Under the pieces are notes generated by a model. It saw only the letters and a list, made by a program, of their open reading frames with translations. It had not been told where the DNA came from and made no database searches. A DNA stretch of 47,456 nucleotides, taken from positions 1 through 47,456 of the IMG/VR virus record IMGVR_UViG_3300020045_011880, one strand, 5' to 3'. Shown here piece by piece: positions 1 to 9,688 of this stretch. This stretch comes from a virus. Lineage: Duplodnaviria > Caudoviricetes. Position 1 is the stretch's first letter; the number at the start of each line of letters is the position of its first letter. The position numbers and the translations under genes are program-made.

Positions 1-121
1 GAGTGATATGCCTACAGATGTTAAAGGATGGCAATGCGATGATTGCAAAGTGGTTTATGCAAAAAAGCATACTGCGAATCAATGCGAAAAAGATCACAAA
101 AAAGGTTATGTTCCGAGCAGA
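1..121 (+). repeat. Terminal direct repeat, left copy (circular assembly overlap)
   Basis: gagtgatatgcc...ttccgagcaga is identical to 47336-47456. Confidence 0.95.
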
Positions 122-211
122 GTTTCTAGCTCGCAATATAAGTGTATCGGCTGCGGCTCGCCTGATTGCGGTGGCGAGTGTGAAATCAGCGATATGGACT
201 TTAATAATTAA
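8..211 (+). CDS. Small Cys-rich (zinc-finger-like) hypothetical protein
   Basis: CDDC..CEKDH and CIGC..CGGEC motifs; across the junction it directly follows ORF 47078-47341. Confidence 0.7.
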   Translation: MPTDVKGWQCDDCKVVYAKKHTANQCEKDHKKGYVPSRVSSSQYKCIGCGSPDCGGECEISDMDFNN

Positions 212-251
212 CCCCTAACCCCTAACCCAGCACCCACAAGAGAGAATTGAG

Positions 252-1202
252 ATGATCCACAATGTAGTAAGTATTTCAGGTGGAAAAGACAGCACTGCAA
301 TGATGTTACTTGCTATAGAGAGAAAGGTTGAAAATCTGCACTTTGTTTTTGCAGATACTGGGCACGAGCATAAGAAAACTTATGAATATGTAAGCTATCT
401 TATTAATCGTCTTGGTGTTGATGTTAAGTTTGTAAAGGCCAGCTTTGATCGTCAAATTCACAATAAGCGAAAGTTTATTGCAAACGATCAAAGGTTTGGC
501 AGAAAGAATGGAAAAAAAGTACGGTGGAGCAATAAGGCAAAGCGCAGGGCGCTGGAAATATTGCAGCCAACCGGCAACCCCTTCCTTGATTTGATGATGT
601 GGAAAGGAAGATTTGCAAGTACTAAGGCGCGTTTTTGCTCCAGCGAATTAAAGCATGCCCCGCTCAATGAGTATATTAATGCGCTGGCAGAGAATGGCGA
701 TACCGTTATCAGCTGGCAAGGTGTGCGCGCCGATGAGTCGCTAAGCCGCCGAGACTTACCGGAGAAAGATGTTGAGTTTGGTTCTTGGGAGCCTGAGCCG
801 TTTGGTGTTCTTATTTACCGGCCAATTATCGCCTGGACGGTTGAAGATGTTTTCGCCATGCACCGCAAGCATGATGTTATGCCAAACCCATTGTATAGCG
901 AAGGCATGGGCCGCGTTGGGTGTATGCCGTGCATTCACGCCCGAAAGGATGAGTTGCGCAATATAGCTATGCGATTTCCGGAAGAGATTCAGCGCGTAGC
1001 AGAATGGGAAAAAATTGTTTCGCTTGCATCTAAGCGCGGCGAATCGTCATTTTTTGCTCATGCGGATAATCGCGGCCTGAACATTGCTGAGGCGGTGGAA
1101 TGGAGCAAGACCACTCGTGGCGCACAAAATTACGACTTAATAAACTTGATTGAAGAGCTTGCACCGCCGATCTGTTCATCAAAGTACGGGCTATGTGAGT
1201 AG
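252..1202 (+). CDS. Phosphoadenosine phosphosulfate (PAPS) reductase family protein, phage type
   Basis: SISGGKDS PP-loop, ADTGHE, FCSSELK, GVRADES, RPI..W, NPLY..G..RVGCMPC, C-terminal CSSKYGLCE. Confidence 0.9.
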   Translation: MIHNVVSISGGKDSTAMMLLAIERKVENLHFVFADTGHEHKKTYEYVSYLINRLGVDVKFVKASFDRQIHNKRKFIANDQRFGRKNGKKVRWSNKAKRRALEILQPTGNPFLDLMMWKGRFASTKARFCSSELKHAPLNEYINALAENGDTVISWQGVRADESLSRRDLPEKDVEFGSWEPEPFGVLIYRPIIAWTVEDVFAMHRKHDVMPNPLYSEGMGRVGCMPCIHARKDELRNIAMRFPEEIQRVAEWEKIVSLASKRGESSFFAHADNRGLNIAEAVEWSKTTRGAQNYDLINLIEELAPPICSSKYGLCE

Positions 1203-1236
1203 CCATTTTAACCCGCCCAACAGAGAGAAAAGCAGA

Positions 1237-1419
1237 ATGAAAAATCGAGATATTCCAGATGTTGAAGATTGCTATTACAAAATTGAATCTTTGCTTAAGG
1301 AGTTTAACTGCGAAATTTCCTATGATGATGAGCTTAATGCTGTCGTATTGTTTGACAAAGATAATCTTAAATTCCAAATATTGGCCAAATACACCCCACC
1401 CTGCAAAATAGAGAGATAG
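1237..1419 (+). CDS. Hypothetical protein
   Basis: ATG at 1237 within ORF 1150-1419; abuts the next gene. Confidence 0.55.
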   Translation: MKNRDIPDVEDCYYKIESLLKEFNCEISYDDELNAVVLFDKDNLKFQILAKYTPPCKIER

Positions 1420-2079
1420 ATGATTATGGCAGTTGAATTGCTAAATATAGATTGCATGGAATACATGAAAACTGCACCAGATAAGTATTTTGATCTTGCT
1501 ATTGTTGATCCTCCCTATGGCATTGGAGAATCAGGAAAGACCAATAAGTCTCGCGGAAAGCTAGCCGTTGCTAAGGACTATAAATCGTTCGCAGGGGATG
1601 ATTTAAAGCCGCCAGATAGAGAATATTTTATCGAGCTTGAACGAGTGAGTAAAAACCAGATTATATGGGGCGCCAATCATTTTATTGATCTTATTGGCAA
1701 GCGCTCTCCTTGCTGGATTGTTTGGGATAAGGTAAATGGTGAATCTGATTTTGCTGATTGTGAGCTGGCATACTCTTCTTTTAAAACTGCAGTAAGAAAG
1801 TTTCAATTTCAATGGGCCGGGATGCTGCAAGGTAACATGAAAAACAAAGAGCATAGAATTCACCCAACTCAAAAGCCAAAAGCTTTATATGACTGGCTGC
1901 TGCATACATATGCTAAGCCTGGCCAAAAGATACTAGATACTCATCTTGGCAGCGGTTCAAGTGCTATTGCAGCGCATTATTACGGCGTTGATTTTGTGGG
2001 TTGCGAGCTTGATAAAGATTACTACGAATCTGCAGTTAAGCGATTTTATTTGCAGACTGCTCAAGACACACTATTTTAG
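1420..2079 (+). CDS. DNA N6-adenine/N4-cytosine methyltransferase (beta class), orphan
   Basis: Catalytic DPPY near the N-terminus, HPTQKP, SAM-binding DTHLGSGS near the C-terminus. Confidence 0.92.
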   Translation: MIMAVELLNIDCMEYMKTAPDKYFDLAIVDPPYGIGESGKTNKSRGKLAVAKDYKSFAGDDLKPPDREYFIELERVSKNQIIWGANHFIDLIGKRSPCWIVWDKVNGESDFADCELAYSSFKTAVRKFQFQWAGMLQGNMKNKEHRIHPTQKPKALYDWLLHTYAKPGQKILDTHLGSGSSAIAAHYYGVDFVGCELDKDYYESAVKRFYLQTAQDTLF

Positions 2080-2102
2080 CCCCATAACCACAGGAGATTG
2101 AA

Positions 2103-2303
2103 ATGGCAGAATCATGCTTAATTTGCAAGCACAGACAGCTATCAAGAAGCTGCGAAAAATGCCAGGCCGCTGTAGATATTAAGTCCGCATATTTTGAGGG
2201 TTACAGCAATGGTTTTTATCGAGGCATTCAAGACCACAAGCACAACCAAGCTGGCGAAGGATATGCCGCTAGCGATGCAAAAACAAATTCCGAAAATATT
2301 TAA
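2103..2303 (+). CDS. Hypothetical protein with two CxxC motifs
   Basis: SD aggag upstream; CLIC...CEKC. Confidence 0.65.
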   Translation: MAESCLICKHRQLSRSCEKCQAAVDIKSAYFEGYSNGFYRGIQDHKHNQAGEGYAASDAKTNSENI

Positions 2304-2309
2304 CTAAAG

Positions 2310-2594
2310 GTGAAAAAATTGAAGTCGAAAATAATAGTCCCACGAAAAGGCGTTGATAAAAAATCTGTGGATCTTATTGTCAAATCGCACAAATTGTTGT
2401 TCAAGATGTTCACCTGCAGAATGCTGGCTGAGCGCTCAAAAATTGAATATACAACCGTATGCGCTCATAAGACGCGGCTAAAATCATCCGGCGAGGCTGC
2501 GGCAAAGTATTGCAAAATTAAAGAGGTCGCTGCGGCTGGATTTACAAAAGAACTATTGCGCCCAGATATTAAGGAGTGGGGTGACTGCAAGTGA
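2310..2594 (+). CDS. Putative Cro/YdaS-like HTH regulator
   Basis: C-terminal GFTKELLRPDI resembles the LRPD tail of Cro/YdaS-like proteins; overlaps the helicase start (GTGA). Confidence 0.55.
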   Translation: MKKLKSKIIVPRKGVDKKSVDLIVKSHKLLFKMFTCRMLAERSKIEYTTVCAHKTRLKSSGEAAAKYCKIKEVAAAGFTKELLRPDIKEWGDCK

Positions 2595-4504
2595 ATTTAC
2601 CCGCTGTTTTAACGCCTGAATGGTTCGAGCCGGTTAGTCCATATCCGTTCCAGTGGGACGCTTATCACGAGACTGTGAATTATATCCGCACCTGCAATGA
2701 GCCTGGATACATCTACGCCAGCGTATCAGCCGGAAAATCGCTAATGATGGCCATGATATGCAAGCGCGCCCAGGTTATGGCTGAGCATCAGAACAAGCGG
2801 CCAGTGCGAATTCTGTGCATGGCTCGCACTGGTGAGCTGGTAGAGCAAAACAGCGAACAGATGTGGGATATTGGCGTAAAGAACAGCATTTTCTCGGCCA
2901 GCGTTGGAATGAAGTCCACCCATTATCCTGTGGTTGTTGGCAGTGAGGGCAGCGTCTGCCGGGCACTATTTACGCAAATGAAAGATTGTGTTTTTGATAT
3001 TATCCAATATGACGAAAATCACACAGTTGTGATAGATGATGAAGAAAGTCAATCAATGAAAATCATACGTGAATTTCAAAAGAGAAAACTTGAGGAGAGC
3101 AAGAAAAACGGAAAAGAAATCCCACTGAAAGTCATAGGCTACACCGGATCACCATTTCGCGGTATCGAGGCAATCAAGGGCGAATTCTGGAAAAACGAAA
3201 TCTACAAAATAGATATGTGGGATCTCATCAAGCTGGGATTTGTCCACACGCCTATTTTTGGCTTTGGTCATGATGAGGTGAAATATAACCTTGATGACAT
3301 CACCCCCAGCGGCGAGGATGGCACAGAGGATTTTAGCCGCGAACAGCTAAACGAAATGCAAAAACGTATTCTGGCTGATGGCACGACAACCCAGAAAATT
3401 ATGCTGGAAATTGTGGAGCTGACCAAGGATAGAAATTGCGTACTGATTACCTGCGCGGGCTCAAAGCACATAAAAGAGTGCATCCAGGCATTGCCGGAAG
3501 GAAGCTATGCAATCATCACCGAGCGCACCCGATACAAGGAGCGCAAGGCAATCAAAGAAGGATGCAACGCAGGCCGCATCAAATACGTTTTACAGATAGG
3601 TTGCTGGACCACAGGGGTCAACATACCCCCGATAGACACAATCGTCATATTGCGCAAAATAGGAAGCCTCACGCTATTAACTCAGCTTATTGGCCGGGGG
3701 ATTCGCAAACTTAAGGCGGTGCATAAGGCGCTTGGCATGTTTAAGGAGAATTGCTTGGTTTTGGATTATTCTGAAACTATGGAATCGCTTGGCAAATTGT
3801 TCAATGACCCCATCCTAGAAACCGCCCAGGCAGCCAAGGCCAAAAAAGAGCATGACCTTATCCAATGCCCTCGCTGCTTTATGGGGAATAGCCCATTTGC
3901 CAGGCGCTGCATAGGCGATGAGCTGGTACCGGCGCCATTGATAAACCGGCTTGCGCCAGATCCACGCGGCCAGATTTTTGTGGATGAGAATGGTCGAAAG
4001 CTAAAAATCAAGGAGCCAGACAACCGCTGCGGGTTCTTTTTCAGCTCTAAAAAGTGCGAGGCTTGCGGAACACTGAATGATTTGGTTGCCCGTAGTTGCC
4101 GCCGTTGTGATGCAATGCTCATAGACCCCAATGACAAGCTCACCGGCAAGCATTACACGGATGCCGACTACAAGCCTGTGCTGGGCTTTGATATTCGCTT
4201 GACGAAGGATACAGAGGGGTTGCTGGTGTCCTATCAGTTGCCGGATGGCGAAACAGCGAAGGAAGTGTTTTACCCCAGGCATGAAAAAAAGAATGTGCGC
4301 GATATGTTTATGGCCAAATTTGTCAAGGTTCACACTAAGGGAATGAGCACATCTATTTTTTACGGTAAAGGGGCTGTTCAGTTGATGTTTATGAAGGAAA
4401 TGTTCCGTGTGCCAACGCACATAACGCACAGAATTAACGAAAAAGGCCGGTCTATTATTCACCGAAAGATTTTTGAGGGGCTGAAAACCGAGTTTGAGCA
4501 GTAA
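2591..4504 (+). CDS. Superfamily 2 DNA helicase with C-terminal zinc ribbons
   Basis: Walker A ASVSAGKS, Walker B YDENH, TGSPFR, TTGVNIP, QLIGRGIR; CPRC/CEAC/CRRC motifs. Confidence 0.92.
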   Translation: MNLPAVLTPEWFEPVSPYPFQWDAYHETVNYIRTCNEPGYIYASVSAGKSLMMAMICKRAQVMAEHQNKRPVRILCMARTGELVEQNSEQMWDIGVKNSIFSASVGMKSTHYPVVVGSEGSVCRALFTQMKDCVFDIIQYDENHTVVIDDEESQSMKIIREFQKRKLEESKKNGKEIPLKVIGYTGSPFRGIEAIKGEFWKNEIYKIDMWDLIKLGFVHTPIFGFGHDEVKYNLDDITPSGEDGTEDFSREQLNEMQKRILADGTTTQKIMLEIVELTKDRNCVLITCAGSKHIKECIQALPEGSYAIITERTRYKERKAIKEGCNAGRIKYVLQIGCWTTGVNIPPIDTIVILRKIGSLTLLTQLIGRGIRKLKAVHKALGMFKENCLVLDYSETMESLGKLFNDPILETAQAAKAKKEHDLIQCPRCFMGNSPFARRCIGDELVPAPLINRLAPDPRGQIFVDENGRKLKIKEPDNRCGFFFSSKKCEACGTLNDLVARSCRRCDAMLIDPNDKLTGKHYTDADYKPVLGFDIRLTKDTEGLLVSYQLPDGETAKEVFYPRHEKKNVRDMFMAKFVKVHTKGMSTSIFYGKGAVQLMFMKEMFRVPTHITHRINEKGRSIIHRKIFEGLKTEFEQ

Positions 4505-4510
4505 ATAAAT

Positions 4511-4531
4511 CCCCTTAATTGGGGTTATTTT
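4511..4531 (+). terminator. Weak intrinsic terminator after the helicase
   Basis: cccc-ttaatt-gggg followed by ttatttt. Confidence 0.45.
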
Positions 4532-4538
4532 CAAATAA

Positions 4539-4582
4539 TTACTTACAAGTAGCTTGCAACTATAGTTTTAATGGTTTAATCT
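4539..4582 (+). promoter_or_regulatory. Sigma70-type promoter with tandem 11-bp operator
   Basis: TTGCAA(4554)-17 bp-TAATCT(4577); ttacttacaag/tagcttgcaac repeat; near-identical layout at 10381-10424. Confidence 0.75.
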
Positions 4583-4635
4583 TTGGGTGTGCTGGCAATA
4601 GTGCCGGGATTAATAATCAATTGGGAGAAATGAAA

Positions 4636-4974
4636 ATGCCAAAAGCAATCAGCGGTGCTGTGATCACCAAAACAATGTATGTCCATGCTATGGATTATTA
4701 TGATCATGGCGTTACTCTTTTTGATCAGGATATGAGCAAGAATAACGCCATGGGCCTTGATTATATATGCCTGGGGCCTGTCGAAATAACATTTAAGATT
4801 CCAGAATTTGGCGATCTCACTGACAAAAAAGTGGAAATCCTAAAAGATCAAATTACAAAAATGAATGCCGAGCACTACGTAAAAGTACAAAACATTGAAG
4901 ATCAAATTCAGCGTCTTTTGTGCATTGGCCATGATCCAGAGCCATTACCATTTGACGACGATTTACATTTTTAA
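4636..4974 (+). CDS. Hypothetical phage protein with C-terminal coiled coil
   Basis: SD ggag before ATG 4636; upstream part of ORF 4519 overlaps the promoter. Confidence 0.75.
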   Translation: MPKAISGAVITKTMYVHAMDYYDHGVTLFDQDMSKNNAMGLDYICLGPVEITFKIPEFGDLTDKKVEILKDQITKMNAEHYVKVQNIEDQIQRLLCIGHDPEPLPFDDDLHF

Positions 4975-4999
4975 TCCTTAACTGACAGGAAACCCCGAA

Positions 5000-5980
5000 A
5001 TGATCAAAACCTACACCAGCGCAGAGCTATCAAACGAACGCTACCACAGCGAAGAGTTTCCCCAGGCAAGCGGCTCAATATTGGCCGAAATCCTGGAAAC
5101 AAGCCCGGCTGAGTACATTGGCCGCGAGCGCAAAGAAACCGCCGCGATGAATGACGGCACTTCTGCGCATTGTTGCATTCTTGAGCCTAAGCGCTTCAAG
5201 GAGACATATGTGCGCGGCATAGATCCTGCTGATTATCCAGACGCACTGGAAGGCAATAAAATGCTTGAGGCGTGGCTTAAAGAGCGCGGCGTAAAGTGCA
5301 GCCAAAAGACCAAGGCCGAGTTGCTGGATATGATCGATGCAACCGGCGAAACCCCGCAGATTTTGCAGCGCGTTATTGATAAGCACAATGCCGAATCTGC
5401 TGATGCCGGCCTTTCTGTTGTATCTCCATCATCCTATGACATGATTATTAAAATGCGTAGCGCACTGAAAAAAGGCGGGTATGTGTTTACGCCAGAAATG
5501 AAAATGGAAATCAGCTTTATTGGCGATCGCCTTAAGTGCCGCATGGATATTATCGTTCCACCAGGTGAAATGGCACCGGATGGTACTATCAGTAAAAACG
5601 GCGAAATCTGGGACTACAAGACCACGCTGCACGTTAATCCGCGCAAGTTTGCAACTGAGGCCATCACTCGCGGATACTGGCTGAAAATGGCTATACAATC
5701 GGATCTGTTTGAAGAGAGATATGGCAATCCACCTGACCGCGTAGTTTTGCTGGCGCAATCGAAAAAAGGCAATCACTATCTGCCGCAAGCGTATAGCCTG
5801 GACGGTCAGCAGCTAGAGGCTGGGCGCGAGGACTACAGGGCGGCTCTGGGAATGCTGGATATATGCAAATCTACTAACGTGTGGTTTGGGTATGGTGGCG
5901 GGGTTATTCCGTTGCCTACGCCTGGGTGGGCGGCTTATGAGCGCGGGTTTGTTGACGAATTAGAAATAATCGAGGATTAA
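5000..5980 (+). CDS. Exonuclease VIII (RecE)-like PD-(D/E)xK nuclease
   Basis: LSNERYH, GTSAHCCILEP, KCRMD...DYKTT, GYWLKMAIQ. Confidence 0.85.
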   Translation: MIKTYTSAELSNERYHSEEFPQASGSILAEILETSPAEYIGRERKETAAMNDGTSAHCCILEPKRFKETYVRGIDPADYPDALEGNKMLEAWLKERGVKCSQKTKAELLDMIDATGETPQILQRVIDKHNAESADAGLSVVSPSSYDMIIKMRSALKKGGYVFTPEMKMEISFIGDRLKCRMDIIVPPGEMAPDGTISKNGEIWDYKTTLHVNPRKFATEAITRGYWLKMAIQSDLFEERYGNPPDRVVLLAQSKKGNHYLPQAYSLDGQQLEAGREDYRAALGMLDICKSTNVWFGYGGGVIPLPTPGWAAYERGFVDELEIIED

Positions 5981-5985
5981 TCATT

Positions 5986-6663
5986 ATGAGCGAGCAAAAC
6001 AAGCAGCTTTTGCAGAAGGCAATGGCACCAAAAAGCGACCAGCTTAACGCGGACGATCTTGTCGCGGGATCAATGACTATCAACATTAATCGCGTGAAGG
6101 TGAACGCTAGTGGTGAGCAGTTGGTGTCAATTTTTTACGAGGGCGATAACGGTAAGCCGTGGAAGCCATCCAAGGGAATGATGCGGATTATGGCCTACGC
6201 TTATACCGATGACCCCGATAACTGGGTTGGCAAGACGGTGGTGCTTTATCGAAAAGAAGATGTGCGCTTTGGTAAAGATGTTGTAGGCGGTATCCGCATC
6301 AGCCACATGAGCCACATTGATAAACCATTCAAGGCGGTTGTTACGGTGTCCAGAGGCAAGCGCGAGCAACAAGATATAGCTGTGTACTCGGCATCCCAGC
6401 AATCGCAGCCAAAGCAAGCGCAGAAGGTCGCAACCCCCCAGCGCGAATGGGCAACCAAAATAAAGGCCGCCGTTAACTATGGCAGCGAGGCGGTAAACGA
6501 AATCTGGGCAAAGGTTCCGGAAGAGTTCAAGCTGGAAATGCAAGGTTTTTATGATGGCAAGCTGGAAGAGTCTCGCGCTTTTGATCCTGTTGCCGAGTTT
6601 CCGCAAGTAAGTGAGGAGCCGCCAGCACATAATGGCGAGCAGTCTGATATGGCGGATTTTTAA
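5986..6663 (+). CDS. Conserved phage protein, putative ssDNA-binding/annealing partner of the exonuclease
   Basis: PKSDQLNADDL and GGIRISHMSHI motifs; acidic C-terminus ending in DF; directly follows the exonuclease. Confidence 0.6.
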   Translation: MSEQNKQLLQKAMAPKSDQLNADDLVAGSMTININRVKVNASGEQLVSIFYEGDNGKPWKPSKGMMRIMAYAYTDDPDNWVGKTVVLYRKEDVRFGKDVVGGIRISHMSHIDKPFKAVVTVSRGKREQQDIAVYSASQQSQPKQAQKVATPQREWATKIKAAVNYGSEAVNEIWAKVPEEFKLEMQGFYDGKLEESRAFDPVAEFPQVSEEPPAHNGEQSDMADF

Positions 6664-6670
6664 TTTATTT

Positions 6671-6698
6671 GGCAGCGTGAAAGCTGCCGTTTATTTTT
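6671..6698 (+). terminator. Intrinsic terminator
   Basis: ggcagc-gtgaaa-gctgcc followed by gtttattttt. Confidence 0.65.
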
Positions 6699-6709
6699 GG
6701 TGAAGCAGA

Positions 6710-7054
6710 ATGGAAAAATATATAAATCAACATGGCAAAGAATGCTGGAAAGGCGTAACACTGGATTCGCCTTTCTCTGCTGATATTTTCTATCAGGTTC
6801 CAATGAATAATAATCCAGATTGGGAATATGACGACAATCATCAATGGGCCTTCCATTCTGATCATGGCTCAATTACCGTTCTTGATCGGCGCACCGGTTT
6901 TGGCTGGCGAGACATTGAGTCAGGCTTTCGCGATAAGGATGGAAAATTCTGGCTTGCTAGCGGTAATATTGACGTGCGCGAAAGTGGTTGCGCAACAATT
7001 GGCGAAGCTGTCGAATGGGTTAAGCAACGGGCAAATAATTGCAAAGGTGAATAG
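6710..7054 (+). CDS. Conserved hypothetical phage protein
   Basis: 114-aa ORF, ITVLDRRTGFGWRDIESG. Confidence 0.75.
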   Translation: MEKYINQHGKECWKGVTLDSPFSADIFYQVPMNNNPDWEYDDNHQWAFHSDHGSITVLDRRTGFGWRDIESGFRDKDGKFWLASGNIDVRESGCATIGEAVEWVKQRANNCKGE

Positions 7055-7055
7055 C

Positions 7056-8174
7056 ATGCAGGATTTAGAAGAGCTTAAGAAAGAAATATTATGGTGTGGC
7101 GGTGTTTTTCAGTATCAAAATACCATATTGTATTTAATCGCCCGCTGCGAGAGCGCAGAGAAAGATCGCGACTATTACCGTGAAGAGGCAGAATTATTGG
7201 CTAATGGGCTTCACAGGGTTGAGGCAGAGCTTAGAGAGCTGCGCGAGCAGAAGCCTGTCGCGTATCGTCAGTTGGCGAAGGGCGCCCAAAAGCGTGGCTA
7301 CACTGCATATGTTTACGAAACCACCGATTTAGATTTTGATGGCAATGGTGAGCCTCTATACGCCGCCCCAGTCGCGCAATCGCGGGATAGTGCCGAGCCT
7401 TCCGATTACATATTGATGCCGAAATCTTTAACGGCAGAGAATGGCGCAAAGTCACTATTCATGGGTGAGTTTAATGAGCAGGTAGAAATGACATGCCAAG
7501 AGTGCGCCGATTGCGATGATGATGAAGATTGCATTGTGTGTGATGGTTCCGGCCAATACATTCAGAAAGTTCCCGTGTCTTGGTCTACCGTGAAAGACAT
7601 TTACTCTATGGCTGTTTCTAGGCTGGCATTATCGCAGAAATCAAACGCCAATGCACATAGCGAGCGTCTAGGCAGAAATGAATACGGCCTAGATATGGGT
7701 TACATGGTTGGAAAGTTAAACGTTCTCATCCGCGATATATCACGGCACCAGCCTGATGAGGCTGCGCGAGTGCTTGCGCGATTAGCAAAGGTTGCTGATG
7801 AAGCAGTGCTATCTGAGCCAGAGTTCTCGCAGCAATCCCCAGCAGTGGCGGTGCCTGTTGCCTTGGAGCTACTGCGTATATTGTTTGACCTGTACGAGGA
7901 TGGGGATGATTGCTATGAAAATCCAGATGAAAGCGATGGATATCTCGGAAAGGCAATTCGTCTGGACGATGAAACATTCAAAGCTTGCGTTGACGTTTTG
8001 ACAGCCGCCCCGCAGGCAAGTGCTGAGCAGCCTGAAAATCAATGTGATGGATGTAATGCTGGATTGCATAAAACTGAAATAGGCTTGCACTTAGATTTTG
8101 CTGGAATGCCAGTGATGACATGCCAAAAATCGCGATATAAAAATAAATCCGCGCAGGATGAGGGGAAGGTATGA
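7056..8174 (+). CDS. Ead/Ea22-like mosaic protein with zinc ribbon
   Basis: Start at MQDLEELK; LREQKPVAY, PLYAAP, CQEC..CIVCDGSG segments typical of lambdoid ea/ead mosaics. Confidence 0.65.
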   Translation: MQDLEELKKEILWCGGVFQYQNTILYLIARCESAEKDRDYYREEAELLANGLHRVEAELRELREQKPVAYRQLAKGAQKRGYTAYVYETTDLDFDGNGEPLYAAPVAQSRDSAEPSDYILMPKSLTAENGAKSLFMGEFNEQVEMTCQECADCDDDEDCIVCDGSGQYIQKVPVSWSTVKDIYSMAVSRLALSQKSNANAHSERLGRNEYGLDMGYMVGKLNVLIRDISRHQPDEAARVLARLAKVADEAVLSEPEFSQQSPAVAVPVALELLRILFDLYEDGDDCYENPDESDGYLGKAIRLDDETFKACVDVLTAAPQASAEQPENQCDGCNAGLHKTEIGLHLDFAGMPVMTCQKSRYKNKSAQDEGKV

Positions 8175-8338
8175 GCCAGCACACACTTAGTCAGAGCCTG
8201 CTCAATGAGCTTACGCGAGTGACTGCTCAGCGCGACCAGCTGCTGGCCGCCCTGAAAAGCCTCAACTACTCAGCATCCGCAGACAGCTATAACGCCAAGA
8301 TAGTGCACGAAGCAATCGCCAAGGCGGTGCAGCCATGA
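8171..8338 (+). CDS. Hypothetical protein (55 aa, not in the ORF track)
   Basis: MSQHTLSQ...QRDQLLAALK...AIAKAVQP; ATGA overlaps with both neighbours. Confidence 0.7.
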   Translation: MSQHTLSQSLLNELTRVTAQRDQLLAALKSLNYSASADSYNAKIVHEAIAKAVQP

Positions 8339-8682
8339 GCACAGATAGAGAATTGCTGGAGCTGGCGGCTAAGGTTATGGGCTACAAAACAGATTACCTA
8401 GTGAATAAACAGCGCGCTACTTTGCAACCACCAATCGACACATTAATGGTGGGCAGCGCTGACGGTTCGCACGCCTACTTCGAGAATTCTTGGAACCCAC
8501 TCCAGTATTTCGACCAGACTTTTAAATTAATGGCGCACCTCGGCATTCGAATTTGCGACACGCTTGAAGGATGCCAAGCCTGGAAAGACGACATCATTTG
8601 CAGCCAAAATGGCCGTAGTGAAGAGCACTTAGCACGCGCCATCACCATGGCAGCCGCTGAGATTGGGAGGGCTATGCCGTGA
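8335..8682 (+). CDS. NinX-like phage protein
   Basis: TDRELLELAAK, WNPL, RAITMAAAEIG. Confidence 0.65.
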   Translation: MSTDRELLELAAKVMGYKTDYLVNKQRATLQPPIDTLMVGSADGSHAYFENSWNPLQYFDQTFKLMAHLGIRICDTLEGCQAWKDDIICSQNGRSEEHLARAITMAAAEIGRAMP

Positions 8683-8957
8683 CTAATCCTGAGACAATCG
8701 AGAAGTGGAAGGTTGAATTTATAAGCCTTCTGGAAAAATCCCAAAGCTATAAGCCTATATTCCTGCATCGGGCTGATGGGGTATTTTTAAGCGATCCTGT
8801 TGAGGCTGCATGGCAAGGCTTTCTAATGGCTCGCGAGTCGGTGGAAATCGAGCTTTTGCAGTCTTTTACAAAAACTGGAGCTCACATGATTAATCAAATC
8901 GTTGGGCATATCGAGGCGCAGGGCTACCGTGTAAGGGGTGAAGATGAAAAAGCTTAG
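8679..8957 (+). CDS. Hypothetical phage protein
   Basis: AAWQGF..ARESVEIEL motif; overlapping start/stop. Confidence 0.7.
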   Translation: MTNPETIEKWKVEFISLLEKSQSYKPIFLHRADGVFLSDPVEAAWQGFLMARESVEIELLQSFTKTGAHMINQIVGHIEAQGYRVRGEDEKA

Positions 8958-9096
8958 CGGAAAATATTATTTCGAATGGCTTGGGCGAAGTGACCGCCGT
9001 AATTTTTTGCGGCCATACCAGGCAGCGAATCGGCATAGCTGGCCAGAGTGGGCAAATACCGCCTATGTCTTTGGCTATTGGAATGAACGAATTTAA
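8944..9096 (+). CDS. Hypothetical protein (50 aa, not in the ORF track)
   Basis: MKKLSGKYYFEWLG...YWNERI with upstream ggggtga. Confidence 0.5.
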   Translation: MKKLSGKYYFEWLGRSDRRNFLRPYQAANRHSWPEWANTAYVFGYWNERI

Positions 9097-9122
9097 CCTG
9101 CCGCAGGGCGATAGGAGTTTGT

Positions 9123-9413
9123 GTGACTATAAACAAAGTAAACATTGATGGCCAAGATATTCAGGTATGGACAACTGAAATTTGCGATCCATCATGCGTG
9201 GCCGTCAATATGACTCAGGCAATTTTGGCTCTTGAAGGCTACGATTTAACTGAGGAAGAGAAAACCGATGTAACTGAGCTTATGGCTGGATATTGCCGGA
9301 TTGTAGATGAACGGCGATTAACTGGCTATGGTGATACAGAATTCGAGGCCATTGCCGATCTATTCAGCAACGCGCGCAAGGTTAACCAACAGCCCGCAGG
9401 GCAGAATAAATGA
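9123..9413 (+). CDS. Hypothetical protein
   Basis: SD aggag, GTG start. Confidence 0.7.
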   Translation: MTINKVNIDGQDIQVWTTEICDPSCVAVNMTQAILALEGYDLTEEEKTDVTELMAGYCRIVDERRLTGYGDTEFEAIADLFSNARKVNQQPAGQNK

Positions 9414-9664
9414 CTATGGATATTTGGTGCACTATGCCTGAATTTCTAAAAAAGAAAGTTGTTAATTCAGTAGACCAAAAAATAAGCTTGCCAATAGGAA
9501 TAAGTTTATCCGGCTGGATTCGCCCGCTACATGACAAGCCAGCAATTAGACAGCTTGCAAATGGCCGCTGGGTAAATACAAACACCTGCAAATATTGGTC
9601 GAATGTATTTGAGTGGGAAGCAGCAATTCATTGGTGTGATTTGCAGAATCAGGGTATTAATTAA
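9410..9664 (+). CDS. Hypothetical protein
   Basis: ATGA coupling with the upstream ORF. Confidence 0.6.
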   Translation: MTMDIWCTMPEFLKKKVVNSVDQKISLPIGISLSGWIRPLHDKPAIRQLANGRWVNTNTCKYWSNVFEWEAAIHWCDLQNQGIN

Positions 9665-9688
9665 CCGCCCCCGGGCGCAGGAGAGGAT

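Noticed and set aside
6828-7055. N-terminal extension of the 448-aa ORF
   Set aside because: Overlaps the credible gene 6710-7054; the ATG at 7056 is preceded by an aggtga SD
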